Assembly (NCBI RefSeq): GCF_009914755.1
Contig: NC_060947.1
From: the human T2T-CHM13v2.0 reference genome, Homo sapiens
Reading direction: 5' to 3' (one strand)
DNA: 64,000 nucleotides
Part shown: piece by piece, positions 40,701-55,274 of the stretch
Numbering within the stretch: the stretch's first letter is position 1
Layout: every line of letters starts with the position of its first letter
Translations under genes and position numbers: made by a program
Notes under the pieces: generated by a model
What the model saw: only the letters and a program-made list of their open reading frames with translations
What the model was told of the DNA's origin: nothing
The model's database searches: none

Positions 40701-40937
40701 ATCCAAAGGAAAGCTTCATGAAATTACCTTAAATGCTAGTTTTTAACCTCCTTTGAATGAGCCAATGTGTGTTCCCTTGAGAAGGAAACTTTCTCAGGTC
40801 TGTGACTATTTAAAGGATTTATTTTTCTATTGTAAGTTTTCTTTTCACATAACACCAGTGACCCTGGTGATAGTAAAGCTTTAGCACTTGGTTAAACTCC
40901 TGCGTTATAATGTATCATATTATCATATTGTATAGAA

Positions 40938-41112
40938 GCTGTACTTTCCAGTGGGATAGTCATTAGCCACATGTGGCTATATAAATTTAAATTAATTGAA
41001 ATTAAATAAAGTTAAAACTTCAGTTCTTCATTCCCACTAAGCACATTTCAAGTTCTCAATGGCCACATTATACTGCATTTCTAACATTGAAGAATGTTCT
41101 ATAAGATAGGGG
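40938..41112. mobile_element. MER3-like hAT-Charlie MITE
   Basis: tagccacatgtggctatataaatttaaattaattgaaattaaataa...gcacatttcaagttctcaatggccaca. Confidence 0.7.
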
Positions 41113-41312
41113 TGATAGAGAGACGGCTTCTTTGTCTATCTCTGCCACTAGTTTATCCCTGGTGAGGAGGGCAGGGGTTGAGCATAATGGGTTGCATACA
41201 ACGGGCACATATAAGTGCTCAAAAATACAGTGAACCAATGAATAAATCTTGTTATTATTACCACTGACACTGCCATACATTAAATACCTTTCAGATTAAA
41301 AGTGCTTTTACC

Positions 41313-41518
41313 TATCAGTGGTTTCCAGGGGCTGGGGTGGGGCAGGAGACTGACTGCAACGGGAGTACAAGGAAACTTTTTGAAGTGATAAAAATATTTC
41401 CTATTCTGATCACGGACGTGGTTGTAGGACTGCATATGTTTGTCAAAACTCATCAAACTGTACACTTTAAAAAGGCGATTTTTTTGTGCATGTAAATTAT
41501 ACCTCAATAAAACAAAAA
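41313..41518 (+). mobile_element. L1M 3' end fragment
   Basis: atcagtggtttccaggggctgggg...tgtcaaaactcatcaaactgtacacttt...tgtaaattatacctcaataaa. Confidence 0.75.
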
Positions 41519-44269
41519 GGAATTGGAAAGAGAGAAAGTAGGCACTTTTATTTGCATTTTAAAATTTCATCCTTGACTTTTAGAGTGACTAAACCAGATG
41601 ATTACTACCGAGAAACAACAATAAAAATATTTAGAAATGTAGGATGCATCAAGTGTGCTTTGGATGTCAAGCAACTTAGGGGCACAGATTTCTAAAATTG
41701 TCTTGGGTTAACATACTGCTCAGGGAAGACGCTAGCGGGTCTCACTGGGAAGACCTCTCCCCTCCAATCTCACCCCCACCCCACTGATTCTCTAATCACT
41801 TTTGATTTTACCATCTGTTCCTCCTGGCACAACAAAGGTTCAGCAAGAAAAGTGACAGCTTCAACAACCTTGTCTTCAATGATATTTTTGAAATTATTGG
41901 AGGTAAAAATCAAATCGGTCGATTTAATCCACTATTTATTGAGTGCCTATTCATGAAGTATAAATTCATGGCTATACCAGTCTGACATGATTTCACTAAT
42001 ATTATATGAATCTAAAACAGTGGCCGGAAAAACGTGTGACCAATTCTGATTTCCACATTGCACAAAAGTTGACAGTGATGCACTGACTGTTCTGAGAAAC
42101 TTTGAGGGTTAACTAGGAATTAGGATCATGATTTCTTGATCACATTCCCTGGAAAGTAAACCTTGTGATAGAATATGCCAAGCAATTTGGTATGTGCAAA
42201 GAAATGTAAGATTTCTGTAAGCCGTTCCTTTCTGGGTGCAGCAGGAACTTGATTGGGGATTTCCATTAGAAAAATCTCCTGCTCATCATGATGGTCAAAG
42301 CCTGACCCAGCTTGTTAATCTTCAGAGCAGAATGCAACGCACAACTGTTTGCACTATCCTTTTACTTTCATAAATTCCAGTCGCTGTTGCCTCTATGGTG
42401 TCTTTTAATTCAATGTCATTACTTCGTGTTTGTTCTCTATGGTGATGTTTATTACAAAGAGCACAAAGGGAACAATTTATGCACTAAAGGTATGTCTCTG
42501 CTTATCAGAATAAATTACCCGTATAAGTGTCTGCAAAAATAATCCCATCTACTTTTCTTGGTGAATATTGAGTAAACCGTTAACAGGGCAGTGAAGCATT
42601 TGATTATCTTCTCAAGAGAATGAAGACCTTCATGGTCATCCTCCTTCTAGGACTGAGAGAAATGCTAATTTCTCCTCACCAAGGTTATGAAGGTAGCATA
42701 TCATCTTTACACCTAGCATTAGCTAAGTTTCTCAATCTCAAAATTGAAGAAGTGTTTCAGTTTGTTAAGCCCATGATGAAAGCTTGTCTTTTTCTCTCAC
42801 ATTCTAGTCTATAAGTAGCACAGCTATGTCTGGGGTCTTAGTTTTTTTTTAGAATAAGGATGATAGCTCTGTCTGTCTTCGATGAGGGCCTGAGCTCTAG
42901 GCCTCTGGATAGAAACAGAAGAGGTAATCTGTCCTACATGTGAATTAATGTGAGGAAGGAATGAGAAAGCAGATATAAAGTACCTAGTCACTATGATCAT
43001 AATATACAATTTATAAGTGAGAGCTCCGATATCAGTAATATTGTTACTAGTATAACTCGCTGTCTTTCAACTGGTTTATTCATTTAGCTTTCTCCATATA
43101 TATGGTAAGCCCCAAAGCATTTTTTTGTTCTCCTCTTTCTCAAGCCTTTCTGGTCCTATGGAAAGTGTTGGAGTTTATTGCTACAGAAATTATTTCTTTA
43201 GTTTATTGTGATCCATAGTTTGGAAGTTAAGTCTATTTTTATAGCTGTTTTTCTCCTTCAGAGCATATTTTCAATTTAACTTAGCAAACAGGCACTGTTT
43301 TTAATTCCAAAACAAAGTAATGCATAAACAAAAACTCTAACCCCAAGAGGTTCTTGATTTAGCTCTGCTACTGTGTATCCTCAACCAGATAGTTAAATTT
43401 AAGAAATGGAACTTAATGTCTTTGTCTGCTAGGTGAAGCAGTTGAACTGCATGACACCTAATGTCTCTGCCATCTCTAATGCTACTGTTTACTATTCAGT
43501 GATTTTAGTTAGCCAAATAACAAAGTTTTTAAGCAATTTTAGCACCCTAGGCAAATACACCCACAGAGTGAGGATTTTGGCAAACTATTTTAATGTTACA
43601 ATGGACAGTGCTGGAAAATACGGGCTCCTCAAAACAAAATCTTACCTTGCCTATTTTAGACCCAGCTTTTTGAGAGCAAACAATCAAGTTTTGTTTTTGT
43701 TAGTTTCTTCTCAAGACTTATCCCAGGGCTTTTCTTATAATAAGTGGGTGGTAAATAATTGCTGAATAAATTATGGGGAATCTTAGAGCTATAAAAGATA
43801 GAATTTGGGATTACCTGTGTTGCTTATTAGAAAAGTTTTTAAATTAACTAAATCATTTTGTGAGGATATATATGAACTCAGTTGGCCTCACATTTGCCTT
43901 GAAGTTTTATGTTCCTGCACTTAAATCAACAGCGCTTTTTCTCATTATTTTCATTTCTTCAGACTTTTTTCCCCTAACATAGTTGATAAAATTCCTTCTG
44001 CCCACACTGAATCTTTAAAAACACAGAGTAGTTGGAAAAAACTTGTGTTTTGCTATATGTGTATAATTAGTATTCTGTATAAAGAAATGACCGTAGTTCT
44101 CTTGAATCCAGATGCTGCGTGGGGGTTAAATTTTACAGATTCAGCCATTTGCTAAGAAAAATAAGGTCAAAATTTTAGGGTAAGAAAATAATGAGAATGA
44201 TTTAAACTTGTATAGTACATTTCAGTTTATAAATTTCTTTCTAAAAGTTTCTTTCTAATATAGTATTTT

Positions 44270-44440
44270 ATTTAATTTTGACAACAAAACTGAGATGTGG
44301 ATAGGTGTGCCACTTTATAGAAAAAAGCTAAACCAACTAAGATTCAGGAAGCTAAGTAACTTATTTAAGGTCACACACCTAGTTTTTGGCAGAGACATAT
44401 GTTCTGGCTTCAAGTTCAAAATCCTTTCCACTATACTACA
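44270..44440 (-). mobile_element. MIR fragment
   Basis: aagtaacttatttaaggtcacacacctagt...ggcagag...ctttccactatac. Confidence 0.55.
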
Positions 44441-46844
44441 ATTACCCCTACTTTACATCTAAAAACACTTCCTAGAAATGCGTAAGATAAAGGTAGTTTT
44501 TGTTTTATTCCTAAAATAGATTAATCATGTATATCAGAGATATTACAAGTTGAGAATTAGCAGCATGAAATTTTGACAGAACCAACAAGATGCAAACTGA
44601 GATAGTTTTATAATAACAGTATCTCTTTTAATAAATTACAGAGTGAATAGTTTACCAAATGTTGGGTTAAAGCAAACTTTCAGCCACAAGATTGAATCTG
44701 CTGTTTTATCCACAGATATGTGGTTTTTATTGATCTTATACTTCCATTTTATTTTAAAATGTACATTTTATGTTACCATCCTGGGATCAAACTAACTTGA
44801 AATAATAGGACCTTAGGTAAATAAATCCTTCTGTTGGGATAAGGATGAACATGTCCATCAGAGTTGTCTCTTTTTCCTTTGCTTTTTAACTTGTGTTAGG
44901 CAAGTGACAGAATATGTTTTTGTTGTTCTCTGATCCCAGTTTTATTCTTTGTCACTTTTTTTTTCTGCCAAACAGATGCAGTATGTTTCAACAGAAAGAG
45001 TGCTCCAAATCTTTAATCATTATGAAAAACACAGTACCTTGACCTTGTATTTTAAAGTTAAATGGAGTGGCATTATAAAAATTAAATTGGTTCTTGCTCA
45101 TTTCCATAATATCCTCTAAAAAGCCTTGCCTAACCTAGAGTGGATGTCCTATTTCTTTATCTTTCTTGATGACCTCTCATGCCTGCAAGTCAGCTCGTTT
45201 TTCTTTGCTGAAGACTGCACCCCACTGCTGCATGCACTCTAAAAGTTCCATTAAAATCTAGGGCATCATCACTCATTCTTATCTGCAGCAGGCTGCTGAG
45301 CAGTGCCATACCAGCAACTGCATGCAAACTAGTCTCAAAGGACAATATTAGCTATATACATTGTCATTCTGTAAAGAGAAGATTCCACCTGGATCTTACC
45401 TTATCTCCCAGAGCATATCTAGCCTTTCCAACATGGCTCCCAGTGTCAGCGCTATGAATGGGTCTCTTGCAACAGCAAGGATTACTTAAAAAGCAATTTA
45501 CCAGCAAGAAATTAGCTTTTTATAGGACACCCTTTATTAAACTTGGTGTGAGATGAGCTAGCATCCTGAATTTCCCCCTTGAGCCCACTGAGACCACGCG
45601 GGCCAAAAGCTGTTTCATTTTAAATACTGTACTATAAAAAATTATACGTATTCCTCTCTGATCTTGATGAATTCTTTCTTGGGATGGATGTGTTATTAGG
45701 ATAATAAGGCTTGAGAGTTGAACAATGGGCTAGGATTTGGCACTGTTCCTGTTGTCCTGAAATGTGAAGAAATGTTGATGTAACTTACTCAATGAGATGT
45801 TCCCTAACCACTGGGAATAGTTCACTGCCTGGGGACACCAGAGGAGAACTACAGAGATGGGGGAGATTGGTGAAAGAGCTGGGGTATAAAGATACAAAAA
45901 ATAAAGAATATTAGCACCTTTTCCTTCTTTATTATATCAAATATCATTTTTCTAAACCAATAACAGAGTACTTCTGTGGGAACGAATAAAAAAGATAATG
46001 ATAATATCAAATATCATTATTGTCAAACTTGATGACTTATTTCTCCATTTTATATAACTTGTAGTACCATCATTAAGTAGTATTAAATAAGATACCCATA
46101 TACATGGTACTATAAATAATTTCCTGACAAGTATTTTACTTCTTGTCTAATGAAGTGAAGTGAAGCACTTTAATGAAGTGGTGGGTGTACCAGTCTCAGA
46201 AACATTCCGAAGACTGATTTCCTAAGTCTTCCAATAAACTTTAGCTTTAGACGGTGGGTGGGGTGCAGGTGGTTAGATTGTCAGTAAAAGCACCTAAGCC
46301 CTGGGTAAATTCTCCAGACATAATAAGACTGACTCTGAAAGATCTTTGTTGAAAGGTGCTGGATACCACTCTGCCATATCTATGTAATAGTATCCATTCT
46401 TCCAACAGCTATATATCTAGAATCAACTCTGCAATATTTCACATGAAAGACTCTTTTTCTTAGAGATTTAGTTTCCATTGTTATTTCCTGTAGCTGTCTG
46501 GATGGTGTCAACCAAGGTGAACTTTGGTCTAAATGATTTTTCCTCAGTTATTAAGTAGTGTGAAGACAAAAAATAATAAAATAAATGTTGGGAAATTGAG
46601 AGGTATGCTGCTTCAGTTATGGAATCTATTTCACATAAAATAGTTATTCCAAGTCTAAAAATAATAATAAATCCAAAACCAAAATATCGGATGTGTAGTT
46701 TTAATCAAGCAAATAAATGTTTTATAGGGCCTTTTGATTAAGAGCTCACAGTGAGACTTTTTAGTAATTTATAACCGTGAATACTTTCCACACTAATTTA
46801 TCAGAAGCCTTTATTACTACATTTTCCAGAATTTTCAAGGGGGA

Positions 46845-47739
46845 TGTGGTGGGATGAATAGTTTCCCCTGAATAGTCACATGTCCCTGAAACCTTGAATG
46901 TCACCAGATTTGGAAATAGGGTCTTTGAAGATGTAATTAGTTAAGAATTTCAAAATGACATCACCATGAATTTAGGGTGGGCTCTAAATCCAAAGACTGG
47001 TGTCCTTTTGCGGCACTATTCACAATAGCAAAGACTTGGAACCAACCCAAATGTCCAACAATGATAGACTGGATTAAGAAAATGTGGCACATATACACCA
47101 TGGAATACTATGCAGCCATAAAAAAATGATGAGTTCATGTTCTTTGTAGAGACATGGATGAAATTGGAAATCATCATTCTCAGTAAACTATCGCAAGAAC
47201 AAAAAACCAAACACTGCATACTCTCACTCACAGGTGGGAATTGAACAATGAGAACACATGGACACAGGAATGGGAACATCACACTCTGGGGACTGTTGTG
47301 GGGTGGGGGGAGGGGGGGAGGGATAGCATTAGGAGATATACCTAATGCTAAATGATGAGCTAATGGGTGCAGCACACCAGCATGGCACATGCATACATAT
47401 GTAACTAACCTGCACATTGTGCACATGTACCCTAAAACTTAAAGTATAATAATAATAATAATAATAATAATAAAGAAAAGAGTGGACACAGAAAGACACA
47501 CAAAGAAGAGGGTTATGTGAGGTCAGGAGCAGATGTTGAACTTGTGCTGCTTGAAATCAAGGAACACCTGGGGCTACCAGAAGCTGGAAGAGGCAAGGAA
47601 GAATTCGTCCCCAGAGCCTTCAGAGGGATAATTGACCTTGATTTTGGACACCTAGCTTCCAGATTTGTGAGAGAATAAATGTCTATTAAGCCACCCAGCT
47701 TGTGGTAATTTGTTACATCTGTGTTAGGAAACAATTGCA
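46845..47739 (+). mobile_element. MLT1 (MaLR, MLT1C-like) solo LTR interrupted by an L1
   Basis: tgtggtgggatgaat...ggaaatagggtctttgaagatgtaattagttaag...ggtgtcctt, then the L1, then ccagaagctggaagaggcaaggaag...aagccacccagcttgtggtaatttgttaca. Confidence 0.85.
47008..47474 (+). mobile_element. Young L1PA (L1PA3-like) 5'-truncated insertion with (TAA)9 tail
   Basis: Near-consensus gcggcactattcacaatagcaaagacttggaaccaacccaaatgtcc...ggggggagggatagcattaggagatatacctaatgctaaatga...cctaaaacttaaagtataataa. Confidence 0.95.
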
Positions 47740-50119
47740 GGGAGTATGGTTGTTATTATCCTATATTGCCAAGTGCATACGAAATTTGGTTTAGCATCTA
47801 TTGGTCTCCCAGAGACACGTCAATCTTAAAGGATGCTAAAAGCTGGTAGGCTTTAGGTCCAAAGATTGACTAGAAGTAAAGATTTCAGGCCAAATACACA
47901 GCAGCACAGGTTTGGGGGGGCGTGGTGGGGAGAAATCTTGTAAAGTCAACAATCCATTTTCTAGTTACTGTCTAGTCACGCATTATAAATGACACAAACA
48001 GCTCACCCTTGAAGTCTTAACATTATGAACCTCATAAATTTTAAAAATCAGAATAAAGTCTCTGAATATTCAGCTAACAGTAAAGTCTTTAATCTAAATG
48101 GATGATGAAAATGGAGAGAATTTATGTTAGCTAGAAAATTAAGACTACTGAATAATTTTTCTTTCAGCTAGTGTTCCATATAATGGTGATATTTTGGCAT
48201 ATATGTAAGATAACACTTACTAAAAAAGAAATTATCTGATGCATGTGAAAATTTAGAGACAGGTCATTACTACCGATCAAGATGATTTGCTACTGCCCAT
48301 TTGAGAGTATAAGGGGACAGTGGGCTCCGGTGTGACTATGAACATATGCCCTCAGTAAGCAGGGCAGCTTGCATCCCTGAGAAGTAAATGAGTATAGATG
48401 TGCTCTCCTCAAAAGCTTTCCCTTCCCACCAGGAGTGTTTGTAAATGTTGAGGCTAGGTGGAAAGAGTTGGAATAGGATACATTTTTGCAAATGATATAA
48501 AGAGGGTAATATGAATACAGAATTGTGGAGCTTTGAAGAGAAAGGGAATAATGATTAGCATTTACTGAGTACCGATTTTGTGCCAAATCTTGTTGAGCAT
48601 TTTTAATACACTCATTTATTTAATTCCAACAAGAGTTCTGCAGTATGAGTAGTACCTATTTTACAGGTGAGGTAATTGAGGATCATAGGATTAAAAAAAA
48701 TTACCTGAATTTACACAGTATGTGTGGATGTAAACAACGTGCTTTGCCATTCTCTTGTATTCTTGGACCTAAAAGACCTAACGGTGTGGTTGTATAAGCA
48801 AAATGGATAGACTTGAAAGTTTTAGTATGAATAAGAGACTGTGGTAGAAAAACATTTTTTTAAAACTGTAGATTTAATTAAGTCTCAAAAATGCTGCATG
48901 AAAAATAAGTGCTATAGGAGGTAAGAGGTGGGAGAATCATTTAACTGTTCACAGAGGAGTGTGGCTGTGAGCTGAAGATGGAGGATTAAAAGAGAAGCAG
49001 GATATCATAGTCTATGTGGAGTCTACATAGAGGAAGAGGCAGGAGAACTTCTGGCTTGAAACATGAGCATGATGGAACCTGAGGGTCCTCCTAAGTAGGT
49101 ATAAGAGGGAAAGTTGAAAAGTTTGCATGAACCCAGAATATGAAAGTCAGAATATGCAGATTAACTTGAGCCTGTGAGGACTAGAAAGCCACTGATACGT
49201 TTTGAGCTGGTAACTAATGTAATGAACCTGATATATTTCTCAGGAAGATTAATAACATAGTGGTATAGTGAGAGATTGGTAATGGGGAGATGGGAAGGAA
49301 GCTAATCCTATATTCAAACATGATTATTTTTAGAAACAAATAGAAACAGAGGAAATAGAAAATAACAAGAGGAAGGAAGAGATATCCACAAGATTGCACA
49401 TGACTAGAAAGGCACAGGAAGACGTCAAAAGTGTCTGAAGGATAACTGAAAATAAAGGGAGTCAGTCAATCTTTTAGCTGCTATTGCTGGGGGTCTCTGT
49501 AAATAAGTTGCTTTCCAAGTTCATGGCCTTTGAAGCACCCTTCATTACAATCAGTGCGTTTTTCTGTAACACACAACGTTATCATAATTTTGTTTTATGA
49601 GGCATAGGGCAAAGAGGCAATATGCATTTTTAAGTTCTTGAAATCTATGCATGTCTTTAAGTTAGTAGACATAAATAATTTTTAAAATCCTTCACGATTG
49701 AATTGAAGTAATTATGTTGACTACATATTCAATGAAAATTACTTCATTATTCTCTAAAGAAAATGGACAGAGATTACTATTTTTATTTGGAGAAAGAAAC
49801 ACTTAAGTCTATGGGCCTGAAAGGGTTAATACAATTAATGCATTTTTAAAAGTCTATATTACTCTCAGATGATAACTAATTCACTTGAAGAACTTAGTTT
49901 GATACATTTAGAGGCTCCTTGGAGTTCTTCAAAAGAGGTTGCTACAGAGTTCCAGGGTATTATAATCATTATTAATTGCAGTATTTTAAAGTTCACACCA
50001 GATGAGCTTCCAAGAAAAATGACCCAAATTTATTTGAAAGGTCACATATATTTATTTTACTTATCCAACCACATGGTGATAAAAATAGGGAAACCATGAT
50101 AAAATCCAGCTCAACTAGG

Positions 50120-50400
50120 TAGGTAGTATGGTATAGCAGAAACGAGTCCCTGGATTTAAAATCTGAGAGCTGATTTCCTCTTTGATTCCTTCATGTACCA
50201 ATTGTGTGATTTTAACTATACTGCTTAATCCTCATATGTCTTAATTTCTCAGCTGTAAAATGGGCATAATAATGTTTGTCTTACCTCAGTGAGGACAAAT
50301 TTTTTTTTTCAGTGCTGTAATTCCAGCAGCTAGAACTGCGTTTGGCACAGAGCAGAGGCTCAGAAATGTTTGTTAAATTAACACGTGAATGAATGGATAA
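50120..50400 (+). mobile_element. MIR SINE
   Basis: ggtagtatggtatag...tttctcagctgtaaaatgggcataataat...ttacctca. Confidence 0.6.
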
Positions 50401-50419
50401 TGAATGTTGTGCGCATTCA

Positions 50420-50701
50420 GTAACATGAAGCACATGAATGTACATATATTTAAATTTTGCATCCATATCTATTAAATACCATCTGGATATTTTATCTATT
50501 ATATCTGGGTAATGAAAATAACTATACAATGCTGTGCTACTGCCCGTTTCTTTCCAATTCTGCATTCAATGACGTCACACTGGTAGCTTGAAATTGGCTA
50601 TGCTGGAGCATTTGTGCAACAAAATTTGCCAAATGCTGCAAATCAGACACTCTCTCTCCCCGCCAAGAGCCTCTTGTTAAACATTTACCAGCAAACCACT
50701 G
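50420..50701 (-). mobile_element. hAT-Tip100 (Arthur1-like) fragment
   Basis: Ends ttgttaaacatttaccagcaaaccactg, resembling the Arthur1 terminus. The left boundary is uncertain. Confidence 0.5.
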
Positions 50702-51589
50702 TTCCAGGTCCTCATTATCTGGCCTCTGCTTATACTTTGTTGTCTTCTATCTTCTCTACAACGTTTGCTGAAGTCATTCTGAAATACTAGCAGTCACCAA
50801 AATAATCCAGGCTCTGGGCGTCACTGCACAATCTCCACCTTGCCTTGAAAATTTCCCTCCTAGAAATACGTATCATCTCTTAGCTAACACTTACTCGGAT
50901 ATCCTTGAAAGCAGTCTCTGACTACCCCAAGTTAGACTTGGGTACCTCTTCCATGTGTTTGGCTATCACTCAGTGGTTATCACCATGACGGTATTATCCT
51001 AACGTATGATAATAATTGCTTGTTTACTTGTGTGCCTCCCCTGAGAGCTCTTTGAAGTACAGGGACTGTCTTATTCCTAATTAGAGTTTCTGTATCTTGC
51101 TTCTACAGGAGCTACCCAATAAATGATAGTTCCATGAACAACTAAAAAACCCCAATCTGGTTTTGTACATGTTGGCAATTCAGGAAGGCTAAGTGTGTTA
51201 TTAGTCCAAGAAATGTAGTGAATAGACACAACCACTCTTACATAGGCACTCTGTGCTTGACATGATTTCCTGAATGTTAGTGGGGGAATCCGTTACACTA
51301 ATCCACACAAGTAGTCGTAATGCTGCTGGCAATTTCCCAGACATTAACAATGAAGATCGTTGGCTTGATGCAAATCATTGACGCCTGTGACAGATCAAGT
51401 CAATATTAATTCCTGTCTGATACTTTTCTTGTGACATTTGAAGTCATCTCTGTTTTGTCTAAAAATCTTATTCGTAGGACAGCCACCTACAGGGCCACCC
51501 AGAATGGCTCATTAAGCCAACACATTTCTTTTGCATCTTCGTGCATGAAGGGATCTAGAGAAAAACTATATTATTCCTGTTTTTTCCCT

Positions 51590-52110
51590 CCTGCCTCACA
51601 CAGGTCAGTTGTTGCACCAGTCATTGTCTATTTCCCTTAAGATCATGTCCCCCTGCGAACTACATTTCCCAGACTCATATGCCAATGGACTTCTCTGGAT
51701 GGAATACGTCAATGTGTGGCAATAGCAGGGAACTAAATGGCAGGGAAAATACGGAATTCAGGGTATTTCTCCTTCTCTCTGCTCTGGAAGGTATTTTGTG
51801 GCTTATGGCTGAATCCCCTCTTGTGTTCCAACTTTCTGCTTGACGCATCCTCCTCCTGTGGTTGCAGGTCCTGCCGAACAGGACAGGCCCCACCTGATCC
51901 TAGCTGCCTCCAGACGACTTCAAATTCTGAAATCTCATGTCACCTTGTGCTTAAAGCCCCAGCCATAAGTGAGAACAGCTTCCTGCGACTGCCAATCCCT
52001 GGGTTGTTTTGATCTTTTCTCGTTTGGCTTCTCAGGACTCTCATCACCTACGGAATTAATTTCCTCTATTAAACTCCCTCCCTTGGTACTATTTGGAGGA
52101 GTTCTCTTTA
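51590..52110 (+). mobile_element. ERVL solo LTR (LTR33-like)
   Basis: aactacatttcccagactc near the 5' end and ttcctctattaaactccctc near the 3' end. Higher GC than the flanks. Confidence 0.55.
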
Positions 52111-53220
52111 TTATTATTGTTTTTTAACCATTTTTTCTTCATAGTACTACTATCTTATTTGGTGATGAAAATCAAAATCAAAATATTCTGAATTATCTTT
52201 GGCTTCCTATTTTATCTGACTCCTCAAGTCCAAACAGTTGTCAAGCCCCCCCAGTCCTTTCAACTTTCATTATCTTCTTTCATTTCTATTCTCATTCCTG
52301 GGACAACAATGTGATGGCCATTGCCTTTTCCCTGAAATATTGCAATAGCCTACTAATTGGGGCCTTTGCCTTCAGTCTCTTTCCCTTCTCTGTTTACTAG
52401 GAATATGGATCATAGACTTTACTTAAGCCAGCTTGGATGGATAGAAAGATAGAAGGGATTATTGTAAGGTTTGAGGTGAGACGATAAGGGAGTCTCTGGG
52501 GAATTCAATAACAGCATCTGTCATAACTCTGAGCATGACAAAGAATGAACATATAGGTGGTCCTGGATTCAAGGCAACAGTAGAAATCTCATCAGTAAGA
52601 GTTCAAGCAATTTCACTGCACTTCTCTTCCATTATTGTGCCTCAGTCACCCCCTAGGTGTCTCCCTCATTTGTTTCTGCATTTACCCGGCTGCTACTGTT
52701 TCTTCAATTTCTTCTCCCTCATAATTCTGAATTGTACATAGCTTTCAAGGCTACAACTCTGTCATGTTATTAAAGCTATACAGCTTCTGTATCTATTCTG
52801 AAATTCTTGGGTTTTCCAAGAATAGAAATCTGATTGTTCAGCTAACTTCTTAATGCCAAGCTCTGGTTTCAATCAACCATGTAGTGGAGGCAGTTACGAA
52901 GGGCCCGAATGCACCCTTTTACTGGGATAGGACACAGGGCAGTTCATTTAGGAACAGAGTGATAATCTATTATCCAAACAAGGATATTTTTGAGAGCAAA
53001 AGGAGGCCCAATAAATGATTACATAGGATAAACAAGTAGAAAGTGGGATTGTTCTGAGTAAACTGCAACTTACAGTCAACGTATAGAGTACTCCAGGCAG
53101 GCAAGTATTGTAAATTGAGTCTATTTCCACTTGTTAGTTTCTCTACTGCTCTTCATATATATACTGAATATCTCTTTCTCAGTGTAGAATGTCATTCATT
53201 CTTCCCTAACATCAGCCTGA

Positions 53221-53617
<397 letters not shown>

Positions 53618-54734
53618 AATTCATCTTTCTTTTTATAATAAATGCAAATCGTACTTCAACTGTGCATTCTAGGGCTTGTATTTATTTTCTATTATACATT
53701 ATAATTTTTATGCATGTACTTTGTCTAATAGGTGTAAGTTCTTAGGGAGAATGAGCCATATTTAATACATTTTTGTATACCCCACATGGCCTAGCCAATA
53801 CTTTGCTTATAGTTGGTAGGCAATGAATATTTATTAAACGAATGATTGCTGAGTTTTCTGAAAACATCATTCTTGCCATTGTTGTTTTGAGCTCACTCAA
53901 TTATTCTGGATCCTGATGTCTATGAAATGCAAAAAGATAAGATATTGATCACGTCTAAATTAGAAGAGTGGTGAGATAAACAGAAATAAGAGGATTGGAA
54001 GTTAACTTATTTACATAATCTGAAGAATGTTTAACTGGAAATAAAACGGACAGAAGACATTTTGCTTCTGAAGAGATAAACAAGGAATCCTAGATAATTG
54101 AAAGAAAAGGAATACATTTATTTCTCAATGAGTATTTGTTCAATCCATACATGATTTATTTAGACAAATATCTAATTTGAACATCCCCTTGGTTTCTATA
54201 ATTTATAACATCATTTACAAGTTCAATTTAATGTATATGGAAATCATAGTGCATATCAGTTTTGCTATTTTTAAAAGTGCTTCCTAATGAAAAGTTCTGA
54301 TATTTCAGAAAACATTTACATTCTTACATAAGAAGCAGTTAAATAGTAAACTTCCATTAGTAGTTAATTAAGAAGCATTATATCACTCTTCTATATTTGT
54401 TAGTGTATGTAACATGAATCAAAGCCACCTGAAGTAATTCATGGGGTCATAACGTGCACTTTTAGTGTATGATGCATGTTATTTAATTTCAATTAAAATG
54501 AAGTTTCAGTTGTTCTTCACACAGGCCTTTTTCCCTTAATAATACAGATTCATTTCCATAATACTTTAGGTGATATGTATGACTGTATGATACATAATAG
54601 GTTTTTAGCATTTTTAATACAACTCTGCATATCCAGGAATCCAAGCATTGGAAATTGACCCCTTGGGCCTCGACCAAATCAAGTATGTGAGACAAATATG
54701 AGCCTTCGGTACAACTAGAGTAGATTTATTTTAT

Positions 54735-54930
54735 TCCAACCATTATGCTCCCTTTAGCTGTCACATATTATGACCTGGGAAAAGTTGCTAACTTCTCTAT
54801 AGTACAGTTTTCTCACCTGATAAGCAAGGAGGATCCCTACCTTCTACCTCCCAGAGCTGATGTGATTATTAAAAGCCAGTTAGAATCTTCACATAGTAAG
54901 TGTTCAATAAACACTTGCCATTACTATTAC
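54735..54930 (+). mobile_element. MIR fragment
   Basis: tgacctgggaaaagttgctaacttctct...cagttttctcacctg...acatagtaagtgttcaataaa. Confidence 0.6.
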
Positions 54931-55274
54931 TAGTAACACACGAAGAACCCTGAAAGAACATAAGTGAAGGTCAGAAGACAAGGTGGAGACTATTATGAAA
55001 ATGTTTAGAAAAGTTCTAGTTGGGTCAGAGATTAAAGATTAAAACGTTTAGACCCACTTAATTAAAAGACAAATTTTAACATATTAGTAATAAGCCTCAT
55101 ATTAGTACTACTAAGCATACTCAAAATAGGTAAGACTACTGAAGGTAAAATCAAAGCAGTACCAGAATATCTGAGGCACATTCTCCTTTTGCGAAGATGG
55201 TAGTTCTTAACACCCTTGTGATTTGCCTAAGATCTTAACATACTCTCAAACACATTAATCCTTTAATCCTAGAA

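Noticed and set aside
47288-47322. G-quadruplex-like tract
   Set aside because: This is the standard G-rich segment of the L1PA 3' UTR and is not locus-specific.
47016-47426. L1-derived ORFs (also 14261, 20252, 27760, 30070)
   Set aside because: These are sense or antisense translations of truncated L1 fragments.
50570-50577. CRE palindrome tgacgtca
   Set aside because: A single site inside a probable hAT relic, with no promoter context.
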